Source: Moniliella sp. 'wahieum' (Eukaryota). From it: a stretch of 64,000 nucleotides of DNA. Positions 34,435 to 46,370 of this stretch are shown here, piece by piece. The DNA is taken from assembly GCA_003971905.1 (NCBI GenBank), contig RSEE01000060.1, forward strand, positions 124,001 to 188,000, written 5' to 3'. Under the pieces are notes generated by a model. It was not told the DNA's origin. It worked only from the letters and a program-made list of their open reading frames with translations, and searched no databases. The position numbers and the translations under genes were made by a program. How positions within the stretch are numbered: position 1 is the stretch's first letter; each line of letters starts with the position of its first letter.

Positions 34435-37400
34435 TCAAGTGGTGCGCGAAGCCACATCGAGCGTCAAGGGGCGCAGGGCCAACTTGCGCGAGGACTGGGC
34501 CTGATGATTGGGTAGACTGGTGGTAGCGGTGGGAGTGGGAGTGGTCTCGGTAGGTTCTTGCGAGGGGGGCGTTAGGCCATCGGTTTCGACCGAGATGGAG
34601 GTAGGGGCACTGTGTTCGCATGAGGAAGACGGGTCGCGGGGTGGGGTGGAAGAAGTGGAGCCGGGTAACTTGAGCCCACTCAAATCGGCCTTGGTGGTGG
34701 TATGCATCTCATTGTACGCTTCGCTCAACGCTTCTTGCAACGCACGAATTTGCGATTGCGCCTGCCGCTTCTCCGCTTCCAACGTCACCACCGTATCGTC
34801 CAGATCGCGTACTCGCAACGACAGTTGCCGGCCATCCATTCCCAGCGTCATGGTCCGCAACGACGAGGGCTTGCTCCGGTGTCCCAGCGCGGGCTGCGAC
34901 CGCGTACTGGCCTGCGATGAGGGACGAGAGAGACTGGGTGCATGGCCGGCAGTAAGCCCAGTAGGCAACGAAGGTACCGGTGGCACATCCCCGGCTTCCG
35001 ACGACGGTGGCTCAAAGATTCGCGCAACGGGCGGCACGGGCTGCAACTTGAACGATTTCCGTCCGCCCGACCGTTGTCGGTCTGCCCGACTCGCCGCCCT
35101 GGATTGCGAAAAGGATGCAGAAGAGCTAGAGGGCACCCGGTTGGGAATGCGGTGTGGGGTCCAAGTATGCGTCCGGGCCGCCGCTGAGGGCGCCGAGGTG
35201 GACGATAGCGACGGCGAAGGAATTTCCCGCGCATGTACGCGCGCAAGCGCCTCGTCCAGCATGGCACCCGGCGCACTGGTCATTGGGAGTCTGGTATAAC
35301 GGGAGGGGGGGAAGTTAGAATGTACTCTAAGAAACGAGGAAGCAAGGAAGAGAGGGAGGGAGGAAAGAAACAAAGTAAAAGGGAGGGAAGGAAGGACATA
35401 CCCAAGCTCGCTATGGGCAGGCGTGTTGACTGTCGACACTGCCTCGATCGACTTGTCCAGCAAGCCGCGCATACCAGTAAGGAACCGCTCCAAACGTGCC
35501 TTCTCCTGGTGGCTCGCCATGACTTGCGTCCGGAGGGCGTGGATCAAGCTCCGCATCTCCTTGACCTCACCCACCACCCTTGTCCAATCCAACGGGGCCT
35601 GCTTGCCCGTCGAAGCGAGGCCGAGCGTGGGCGGGGTGGAACCGGCGCGGCTGATGGGCGTGACGGGCGTCGGAAGCGACATGGCCAAGTGACCGGGAGT
35701 ACTTTGCGGCGTTCCACGCTCCAAGACGGGCGAGGAGGGATTGGTACTGCGCTGCTCAAAGCGCGAACGCAGACTGCTCACGTCCACCTTGCCCGAACCG
35801 AACCGGAGGAGGTGGTAGAACGGTGACACCGGGACTGCGAGAGCGGATGACAGGCGAAGGCCACGTCCCAGCCAACCGGTTCTTGGGCAGAGGAGGAACT
35901 TCGTCGGTGCCCATGCTGGCCGTGACGCTGGGCGTCGTGCCTCCCCCCAAGGAAGCCTGGGGGAAGAGCGAAACAAGCTCGGCCAACTCGGTTGCAGAAG
36001 GACCCGGCTGGGTCGAGGAGGAAGCAAGCAGTGGTTTGGCCCCGATCGCCTTTGCCCGTGCCGAATCGAGCTCGACCCGCATCGCTGCCGCATCCCGCGC
36101 CAGTTGCTCGTTCTCGGCTCGCAAATGGTCATACTGCTCATGCAGCGCAGCGAATTGGACGCGCAGACGAGCATGTTCCTCGCCCAAGCGGCGTGACGAG
36201 CCAAGTGCGACCGATCCTCCTCGCTCCGGGGGGAAGAGGAGGGGGACATGGGCGCGAGCGTACGGAGTGAGACGCCGGCATCGCCTTCATCGTCGGCAAT
36301 GTCCGTGTGAGCATCGGTGTACTCGCTGGAGGGAATGGGCGACGAAGGTTCCACTTCCCTTATCACCACGGGCACAGGCGCGAGCATCTCCATCTCATCC
36401 GGCTCGGAGCTGAGGATTTCCGACGTGATGGGCGGCGCCAACGATCGCGCGCCACCGAAGGGTAGGGAGGCTGGTACAGCAGGGGCGTGGGATACGGCCT
36501 CGAGCTCTTTTGCAAGACGCGCACGCTCAGCTTCCAATCGCTGGCACTCGGTCCGCAGCACCGTCGTCTCGGCGGTCAATTCGGCCGTGGCATGCTGTGC
36601 TTCCAACGCGGCCCGCTCTGCCATGTCCAAACGTCCAGCCAGACCAGGCAACTCGGGGTGGTCCAAAGAAGACACGGACCCCGTCTTGTCCGCCCGCAGG
36701 GCCGAAACCAACCGCGTTTCCAGCTCGGCGACACGGGTGCGCGAAGCGGCCAACTCGGGCTCCAGCGATGCGACGGTGCGCTGGAGAGCACGTGTCTTGG
36801 CCTCCAACGCGGCTAGCTTGGTGCCATCGACCACAGGCTGGTCCTGCTTGGCTGCCATCGCACTGCTATGCGCCTTGGCCAGTTCTTCCTCCAACAACGT
36901 CACCTGCACCGCCTTGTCTTGGGTCTGCTGCCGTGCCTCATCCAGCGCCTTGCGCGCCCTGCCACAGTTTGCTCCAATGCAGACCGGTCCACCTCCACCG
37001 ACTGCAGCTTGACTTCAGCGTCCCGGGTCAGCTTGGTCTGCTCGGTCAGCTCCAGCTCGTAGCGTGATACGGTGCTGAGCATTTCCTCCAGCTGCCGCGC
37101 CAGCCCGCCGTTTCGCCCGAGTGGGAACGACGAGCAAGATCAGCACTGCGGGGACCGCCATCTCTCGTGGCTTCCGTCCCGATCGCCCGCTCCGTCTCCG
37201 TCTCTGTCTCCGTCTCTGTCCCTTCGTCCTCCGTCTCCAACCCCAGGGTTCGGGACTCGTTCGGACGCCGGTGCACCCGCCCGCCGCGCCGTTCCAGCTC
37301 ATCAAACGCGTCGGTAATGTGTTCCGAGATGGACGAGATGAGGGAATCAATGTTCTGACCTGCCGTTTCACGTTGCCGAGGCACCGAGACGCCCTTGATT

Positions 37401-40400
37401 TGCAACAAGAGGTTGTCCATCTCTTCCCGTCCATCCACCTTGCCCAACATCTCAGCACACCTCCGATCCTCTTCGCGCAACCTTGCTTCGGCCGACTCGA
37501 GGCGGCGCTCAAATGCGGAAAAGAGGCCTTCGCGCTCGGCCAAAATCCTTCGTTCGGCCGCAACAGCCAACTCGAGCTGCCGCAGCCCTCGCTCCGCCTC
37601 GTCTGCCCGTCGTACAGCCTCGTCCCGTTCGTCCCGCTGCTCCTGGACCAGCCGATCGGCATGCGTCCGGAACGCACGCAACTCGCCAACATGCTTTTCT
37701 TGCTCTGCCATCTCTTGCTCCCGTTGGGCCAAGGCGGCCTCCAACTCGGTTCGGACCGCTTCGTGCTGCGCCGTAGCCAAGGCCAGGTCCTCCCTTGCCT
37801 CCTCGGCCGCCCGCTGCGCCGCACGTAGATCCGCCTCGACCTCTGCAAGCCGATGCAACGAACCCACGTCCGACGCTGCTTGCTCTTGCGCAGCCACAAG
37901 CGCCTGATGAGCTTTTTGCTCCGCTTGGCGCGCCGCGACCAACGCCCTGCTCGTCTCGAGCGACTCGGCACGCAACGCATGGTGCGTATCGAGTAACTCG
38001 CGATGCGCATGACGCAGTTCGTCCAATTTGCCCTCGGCCAACTGCGCACGGAGGTGCGCCGGCGCGCCCGCCGTACCGTCGTTCGACCCATCTTGCCCAG
38101 AAGCCGAGCCGGGCACCAAAGGTGGCGAAACCATCTGCCACTCCCCCTGGGTCCCCGTCGACTCGCTGTGCACCGGTCCGACCTCGCGCGTCAAAGGTCG
38201 AGATGGGTCGGAGGAGTCGGAGGGGGCGGAGGGGTCGGCAGTAGACAGGCCGCGGAGCGTAGCCCCATGTTCCGCTTGCCCGTCTAGCACCGATTGCCTC
38301 CACCGCTCGGCCTCGGCTTTGGCGTGGGCCGCCTCGGCCCGAGCTGCCTCCAGTTCCTCCGTGAGCGAGGCGAGCGTCGTGGCAGTCGTGGCAGTCGTGC
38401 CCGTGGGCGCAGCAGGAGAAGGGGGACGGACCGCACGGGAAGCTGGACAACCGCCTCCAACCGGTTCGCGAGCGAATTGAGCTGGTCCTCAGCCTGGTCG
38501 GCAGCGCGTTGCAGCGTGTCTCGCATCTGCCTCTCGGCCTTCTCGGCTGCTTCGGCACGGGCTGTGGCTTGAGCCAGCGCAGCGGCGTCTCCGGCGTCTT
38601 CCGCGTCCAAGGTGGAACGAGAAAGAGAACGGGTGGGAGAAGGAGGATTGGGAGAGGCGGCAAGCTGCTGTTGCAATGCCTCTTTGGTAGATACGAGTTG
38701 GTCCCGCTCTTGCTCCCATGCCAAAGCACGTTGGGCCAGCTGAGCATGGTCCGCTTTGTCCTGGTCCCACGAAGCTTGCCCTTCCTCCCTTTTGCGCTCG
38801 GCCTCTGCTACTGCCTCCTCCAGCTCCTGCACGCGACGGCGTAACGTCTCCCTCTCGGCGGACAGGTCGGACTGGGCGGCTTGCAGAGTAGCATGGGTGG
38901 AAAGTAGATCGGTATGTTGCTGTGCCATCTCCTCGTGGGTGTCCGTGAGCGCACGGTGGGACTGTTCCAGGTCCTGGTGTTGCTCCAGCAGCGCTGCATG
39001 CATCTCCTTGGCCACGTCCCGTTCGCCTTGGAGATGCGTCTGGGTCTCGAGGAGAGTCTGGTGAGCCTGCGTCAGCTCCTCGTGCTTCGTGCGCCAGGCA
39101 TCTCGTTCCTCTACGACCGAAGCATGCTCGGCTTGCAACTGATCCCGCGCGTGCGTGAGTTGGGCCAGGTCGCGTGCCAGCGCGTCAACTTGGGCTTGAG
39201 CTTGGTCCTGCGCCTCCCGCAACGCCTGTGTCCACCGCTGTTCCTCTTGCTCAGCACGAAGCAGGTGCTGTCGATTTGCCTCGGCATGGTCTGCGTCGCG
39301 TTGAGCCAGCTCCGTCTGGTGTGCCTTCTGCGCCCGTTCGTTCGCCTCCACTTGGGCAGCGTGCTCGGCTTGCCAGTGCGCCACTTGCTGTTCGAACGCC
39401 GTGCGTTCGGCCAAATGCTGCGCGACCAACGTCGCATTTTCGGTCGCCGCCTTGCGCGCTCGGTCCAGCTCGCTCTCCATGCTCCCAGCACGCAACGCAA
39501 TGATCTGCATCGCCTTGGCGAACGAAATGGACTCCGAATCACTCGAACTGGGCGGCGAAGCCAACGCCGCAGCCGTAGCGGCAGCCATCAACGTGTCGGC
39601 CCCTGCGTCCGTACCTGCCGTGGCCAAAGTCGAACATGCCTCGGGCTCTGCCTTGGACGGTACCTGGGGCACGATCTCAGGCTGCAAGGAACTGGGCATG
39701 TCGGGCCCGTTGGCCCCGCCTGCCTCGCCGGCAGGACCAGGAGAAAGGGAGGAGGGCAAGCGTGCCAGTTGGCGGGAGCGGGCAGCTGAGTGGTGTGCGA
39801 CCAACGCTTTGCGCAGCCCGGCAGCCTTGTCCGTCAAGGCCGCAGCTTGGTCGGTAGCTTGGGCAGCCTGAGCCGCGGCCAACTTAGTTTGGGCATCGGC
39901 CAATTCGGCGCGCAACAGCGCCATCCGACTTTCTGTCCGATCCGCCCCGGGCGAGGTACTGCTGCAGCTCGACCTGGGACGGGCAGCAGGCAAAGAAAGG
40001 GAGAGAGAGCCCGTGGAAGCGTACCCGGCCGACGGCGAGGCCGACGAGAAGGAGTGATCGGGTTCGGCCTCCTCTGGGTCCGTAAGCTCTTCCACATGGT
40101 CCGGGTCGGCTGGTAAGGCCAAGGTGGACCCGGGAGGGACGAGAGCCAGCGGGGGAGGCGGAGCGCGCGCAATCGGGCAAGGTACCTTGGCGAACAAGGG
40201 GTGTAGCACCCGGGGTGGTGCCGGGGGACAAGCCTTCGGTTGAAGGGACCGGCGGCGGTGGACCAGGGGTGGGACCGGCACGCAGACTGGGCAAGGGCGC
40301 CATGCCAAATGGATCGTCAAGTACGTCCAGGTGCATGGGCAGGAGCGGATGCAAGCCCCTTGGTCCCTCTTCGGCTTCGGGGCCATCGTCGGTATCGGTC

Positions 40401-41237
40401 GGGTGGGCTTCGCTGTCGCTCTCCTGGAGTGGGTGCTGCCACCAGCCTGGTTCGGCTGAGCTGGAACGCGAAGCGGGGGCGGACGAGGCAGAGGGGCTGT
40501 CGACGTCGGCGTCCCCGTCGGCGTCGGCATCGGCAGGGTGGGAGTAGATGTCGAGCGCAGCGTCCAGCAGCGACGCACGCGACGGTCGCCAGGGAGATGG
40601 GGCGGAGAGGGGGGGGGAAGGGGTGGTACTGCTGGCGCCGATGGCCGAGCCGGCCAGCACGTCAAGGGCCGTGTAGTGGGCGGGGGGGACGCAGCCCGTC
40701 GGACGCACTGAAGCTCGAGGGGCGCACGGTGGGTGTGGAGAGGGACCCGGTGCGTTGCTCTGTTGCCTGGGTCGGGCTCACCTGGCTCAGGCTCAGGCCC
40801 AGGCCCAGGCCGAGACCGAGGCCCACGGGGGCGGGCTGGGGTCAGCGTCGAGGGCGAGGGCGGGCGCAAGCGCGGGCAGGGGCGGCAGGTCGAGGGGCCC
40901 GCGGGGCAGAGGCGGTGGGTCCGAGTCGCGTGCACGCGCCTGGAGTTCGTGGAAGCTGAGCAGACGTGCGCGGGAGGGGCGGGCTATGCGGGACTGTCGG
41001 ACGGCGTGGACGATGGCGTGGGCGTGCTCGTCGTCGTCGTCGATCGTCGTCGTCGTCGTCGTCGTCGTCGTTGCCGCTGGCGTCGTCGGGGGTGGGGGAG
41101 GAGTGGCGGTCGGGGGAGGGGGTGTGCTGCAGGGGCTCGTCGGCAGCGCGGGGGATGGGGCTGATGGAGGAGGAGGAGGAGGGGGACGAGCGTGGCGGGA
41201 AGACAAAGGTGGCCATGGAGTCCAGCGCGCGTGCCAT
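34435..41237 (-). CDS. large coiled-coil protein (about 2200 aa), possibly Uds1/septation-related
   Basis: Consecutive minus-strand ORFs (40842.., 39884.., 38284.., 37046.., 34435..) joined by frameshifts give long A/E/Q/L/R heptad segments with Ser/Pro-rich linkers. Intron 35291-35401 (GTATGT..CAG). The Uds1 resemblance (LRKALVAHHSAA) is weak inference. Confidence 0.7.
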
Positions 41238-41965
41238 GTTGCAGCGGGGGGGGGGGGGGGGGCGCACACGACCAGGGCCAAGGGAGCGGACGCGGCGGAG
41301 GGGATGGAGGGGGGTGGGGTGGAGGTGGTGGGGGTGCCGGCGCGACGGGAAGGGACGGACGCAGGGCGTGCGTGCTGGAGCGAGGCGCAGTGGCTGGTGA
41401 CTGGGAGTGCATGTTAGCTGGGTGCGGGATGCATGAATGCGGTGCGCTGTGCCTGCCTGGGCGCATGCCACGTGCCAGCCGCAGGAAGCGCCCGCACAGC
41501 GCCAGTGTGCCGCGTGCGATCGGCAGCCCGGCCGGTGGGCCTGCGGTGGACACGCGTAGGGTTGCGGCGCGCACACTGCCCGCCTGCCGCCGCCCGCGCC
41601 GCGGCGCCGCGGTGGAGCACGCCGGAGCACACACGCCCGCTTGTGCGCCCTGGTGCGCACGACGCGCCGGGTGGGTGCTGCGGGTGTGCGCTGCGCCCCC
41701 TGGCCCGCGCCTCTGCAACAGCGGGCTCGTGTGGCCAGGGTCCGCTGCGTGTCTGCTGTGGCTCGGCCTGCTGGCTGCACTGCACGCCGCCCACACGCTG
41801 GCTCAGCACTGCTCCTCAGCCCCCCCATCCGCCCTCCGGCTTCTCCCGCCTCCACTCTCCATCCCCACCCGCTCCCACTCCCATCCCTCCATGGTGCCCA
41901 CCCTCCCCATCCACCTTCCCCAGTATGCAGTGCCTCCTTTTCTCTGTGTCCGCTCGCCATCCGTC

Positions 41966-44900
41966 GTTTAGCGTTCAGCCTGAACGTGAGTCAGCCTTGA
42001 AGCTTCACGTTCAACTTGAACGTCAACGTCAACGTCATGTCGTCAACGCGTCACGCGTCAACCCGCAACGGGAACGTCACGGCTAGTCATTACTGTACTC
42101 ATAATCATTAAGCTTCGCCCCCCCTTTTCTGATAGCGGCGTAACGCGTATTACGCGTAAACGCATAAGCGAGATAAGCGCACCGCGTTTAGCCCAAATGC
42201 GCTACGCGTTACGCGTTCCAACGCCCCCACTTGCCACTGGCCACTGGCCAAGCATCATGCATCATGCCACTAAGCACATCAGCGCATCCCCCTGCACTCT
42301 CCTCGTCCTAATCCACACCTGGCAAATTCGCATCTCTCGGCTGCCATCGCCACCCCATCTACCCCACACGCGTCTTCATAACGTCGTCCAACCTTACCGG
42401 TTACCGGTTAGGCCGTCGATCATCGCCGCCAGCGTCACCTGCATTGCAGACGAACACCCCCCTTCCGTCCGATCCCCACACAGGTCATCATCAGCTCGAG
42501 CGGCCGAAACCTACTCTGATCTACATGTGCCGACATCACATCACGAATGATGTGATGTGATGCCACCAAGAATCCGAGAGTCCTGCTGGAATCTCTGTTG
42601 AGAGTTGCCGTACATGCCACATGCACTGTGTGCAAAAGCACAATCCTTAATCCTCTCTCTGTAAGGTTACCCACCCCTCCTCTTCCTATCTCCCTTTTCC
42701 ATGCATCCTCGATGGTCCAACGGCTATGATGTGACGCTCTCACTGCACTTGCAGCAACCGTCAAGACCCGGGTTCGACTCCCGGTCGGGGAATCTTTTTC
42801 ATGGAACGCCTCAGTCTTCGTTTGTGAGCGGTCACGGCATAGACCATCCACAAAGCTCTCATCGCCTTTGGCCAAGCCGTCATTCATATTTTTTCAATGA
42901 CGAAAAGTGACACTGCACTCCAAAAAAGCACCATTGGAAAACGAAGCAGCTGGCGTAAACGAAACATCTGCCTTTGATCTGTGGTATCCGTATCGTCCGA
43001 CCTCTCTGGAGGTGCGAAGATGAGAACGGAGAACTGGGGAGAAACGATAGACGAAAAGTACGCTGTGTGGTGCCCCACAGAATACACATGATATACTACC
43101 TCTTTCGATGCCATCCACTCAATTGCCTTGGGAGAGACTTTCATCGGCTCCCACTTCGGAGAAACACGCCTACATACTGGCCTTAGGCTAAGCGCTGCTG
43201 AGGGCTGAGGCGATGAGGAGGGATTGAGAGGACGTTGGCCAAATCATTAATCACAGAAGCCACCCACGGTGGCTCAGCGCTGCTCAGCCTGAGCGCTGAG
43301 GCTCAGCGCTAAACGCTCAACGCTCTCTCAACGTTCACCTAAGCCTCAGCGAACAACTTTGAGGCTCAGCACCCCCCTCCATCATATTGCACTTGTTCGG
43401 CACATCCTCCCCTCCTCCCCCACACACACTAAGCCATAAGCGATCTATCTACCGCCCTTGCACCTTGCCCTCTCGTTGTAAGTACAACTCACGCGTTGCT
43501 GAAAAAAAGAGTACATCATGCCATGGTCCACCTCTCCCGCGTTTCCTCTATTGTTCTTTTTCCACAGACGGCTCTCAAGAGATCTGAGAGCATGGGCGTC
43601 CCAGATAGAGAACCCACACATTGAAGCTTTTGGATCGGTTCCCGCACGGCCTTGTGCAACGCGCGCACCACCCGCTCGGATCGGTTTTTGGGTGTCGGAT
43701 AATCCAAATGCCAAACCACACCACACACGAAGAATTCCAAGATGTAAGATGTGGCCTCAATCGCATAATATCGCAAACTGTATATATACTGGGCCCAGGA
43801 GTCAAAGATGGCAGTTGCACGACTTGGAGGCAGGAATGAAGATAAGGTTGTAATCCCTGGAGATCTGAAAAGAGTATAGCAGGCAACCTGTCATAGTTAG
43901 GCTGATCGATCTGAGATCTGAGATCTGAGATCTGATCTCGCTCTCAGCATTTCCAATTTCTTCGTCCCGAACGTCTCTCGCACTTTCTCTGTCTTTCCTC
44001 CGCTTCGCACCATGTCCTCTGCTCTTGCCTCTTCCCCCCACGAACGATTGCTACATACCTGCACCTGGTCTTGACTATGGTCTCATTCGCCCTTAGCGCC
44101 GACTTGTGGCAACCAAAGCCCTTCTTCGTCATTCTCTGCATCTTGCCGTTGTCGCAGCATCATGTAGTCGTTGCGGCCAGTGCCAGTGATGGCCACGTAA
44201 AAAGGGTTTTCAACGATTAAGCGTAAGGTTGAACTTCAACGTTCAAATTTCAAACGAACAGCGGATGCGTGTGTGGGGCATCTCTGAGATCTGCAGCCCT
44301 GCACGGCCAGCACCCAGTCAGAAAATTACGCCACGACGGTACGTGTGGCCACTACGGCGTACGGAGAAGACAGAGTGTGCGGTGGTGAGCAACAGCACGA
44401 GTAACTGAGTACTGGGTACTGATGTGGCATACCTTCTACCGAGTGCTACTGGGGCTGATGCACTGGCGCATGATGGTATTGTGGTTCGCTGCTGTAGTGA
44501 TGCTAGTGATGGGGGTGGATGGATATTGTGGGTGCTCATGGCGCTCATGCACTCATGGTGCATGACTAACACAACTCATCGTTTTGAATGTGTTTCGCGT
44601 TGCCGCGCAGGTGTTGGACAATGTTGACGCGTTGACGACGTTTGCCACAGTTTGCCACAATAAGGCCATTGAACGTTGAACGTTGAGTTGAATGTTGACC
44701 CACAACGGTTACCGGGTACCGGTTATCAGCTTGAAGCTTGAAGCTTTCCTATTACTTGCGGTTACCGCGGTTATAATATACCCTCAGCCAGGGGTCGTTA
44801 TCATGCAGATCATGTGAATCAACCCAAGTTAAGTACTACTCCGGCATAACAACTACTACCGTTGCATCCGGGTAGAACTGAAGCTCAGGCCTGACACAGT

Positions 44901-45271
44901 GGCAGCTTGACTAATAGAACAGATTCACGATGCAATGGTCTCCTGGGAACTTGAAGCTCTCTCCTGAGAGCGCCTGTGCCATGTACCATGGGATATGGAC
45001 CTCGTGCCCATGTCATGCCGCCGGCCACAGAGAATTGCGCCCTAATACTACTACTACATCATCATATAGGCGCAGCCACAACAGCAGCGCCGCACCCGAA
45101 GAGAAGAGAGCGCCCAACCCCCCGTGAGGCCGTGAGGCCTCAGCCTGAAGCCTGAGGCACAGCAGGGGCAAAACAGCGAGTCGCACAGCAGCACACACGC
45201 CTTCTGCCTATAACCCACGAGGATCGGGTGGGAAAACTGAGTACTGAAGCTTGAAGCTTGAAGCTTGAAGC
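41966..45271. repeat. second cluster of 7-nt-period palindromic arrays flanking tRNA-Glu
   Basis: ACGCGTCACGCGTCA near 42046, TTACCGGTTACCGGTTA 42394-42410, GCATCATGCATCATGC near 42252, (GATCTGA)4 43908-43935, TTGAACGTTGAACGTTGA near 44669, AGTACTG(AAGCTTG)3 45240-45267. Confidence 0.88.
42706..42792 (+). tRNA. tRNA-Glu(CTC) with 15-nt intron (42743-42757)
   Basis: TCCTCGA-TGGTCCAACGGCTATGATG-TGACG-CT-CTC-A[CTGCACTTGCAGCAA]C-CGTCA-AGAC-CCGGG-TTCGACT-CCCGG-TCGGGGA-A. Stems pair, and a TTTTT terminator lies at 42795-42799. Confidence 0.93.
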
Positions 45272-45421
45272 GCGATTAAGCTAACCCACAACACGCCCTG
45301 CCGCAGCAGCTGGAAGCACACAAGTAAATAGACAAACTACACTGTGTGCTCTTCGGCTCTCTGTGGTGCTGGTAGCACAGCTATACCACTATTAGGATCA
45401 CTTTCATTCTCGCGGTCCCAC

Positions 45422-46370
45422 ATGTCACAGCTCCATAACCCCTCTTTTTCACCAATTCCATCTCCCGCCGCCCCCCCTCCTCTCCCTCCTCTCCTCCCTC
45501 CTCATCTCTTGTTGCCATCAATAGTTGTCCTGCTCCCTGTTGTTGGCTCAGTGTCTCGCCCATCGGCGCTCACGACACTCCCCTCACCGGCTTCACCCAT
45601 CCATCCTCGCCCTCTCCGTCTGCAATACCACCAGTGGCTTATGCAGTTGAGCACACGTCTCTCTCCCCCACTACTCTCTTCGCCGCCCGTGCTCCGCCAT
45701 ATGCCTGACGCCCAACTGCGCCTACTCCCCCCCTAAGTTGCTATCCTGCCCTCTCCCCGACACCGAATCGAGCCCCGAAAACCTGTCCGTCTCCACACCC
45801 CATACCGACGTGTACCGGGCGGGCTCCGAGGGCAAAAACCACTGCTGGCAGCATTGCTGGCATTCCACCCCGTTCTCCATTCCTTCCTGCTCGCCATGCG
45901 CGCTTGACAAACTGGAAGCTCTTCTCGATCGAATGGAGCACATGCCCTCTCCGCTTCTCCCGCCCTATTTTTGCCTTGCACCTTCCCCCACACGCCCCCG
46001 CTCGAGTTCGCGGGAACCAAACGAGGGCCATCAGGGCTCCCTGGGGCGACCTTGGTACTTTCGTCCCGTCGACGGAACAGATCGAGATCCACGCTCAAAT
46101 TGGAACGGGCAAGTCCACCCGCCGGCTCGGCGTCGCAACTCTCGCCAGCTTTGTGCTGGGCCCCCACTCACCTCTCTCCACCCCGCCATTCCCTTGCCCC
46201 TCGATCCGGGCACGGCACCGTCGTTCGCCTTCTCGTGCCGCACCCCATGATGGAAACCAAGACCAATCCCAATGCCACGACCAATCCAATCCCAATCCCA
46301 AGATGTTCTTCATTCTCCAATGGCGTACGGACGTCTTCCTCAGCACTTCCCGATGCGGCGCCTCCTAACT
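45422..46370 (+). CDS. possible Pro/Ser-rich hypothetical protein
   Basis: Overlapping plus-strand ORFs (45344.., 45738.., 45904..) lie downstream of a palindrome-array cluster and a TATAA at about 45209. No family recognised. Confidence 0.2.

Noticed and set aside
3884..43492. GTACAACTCA recurring at about 3884, 8371 and 43482
   Set aside because: The match is only 10 nt with unrelated flanks, which is compatible with chance across 64 kb.
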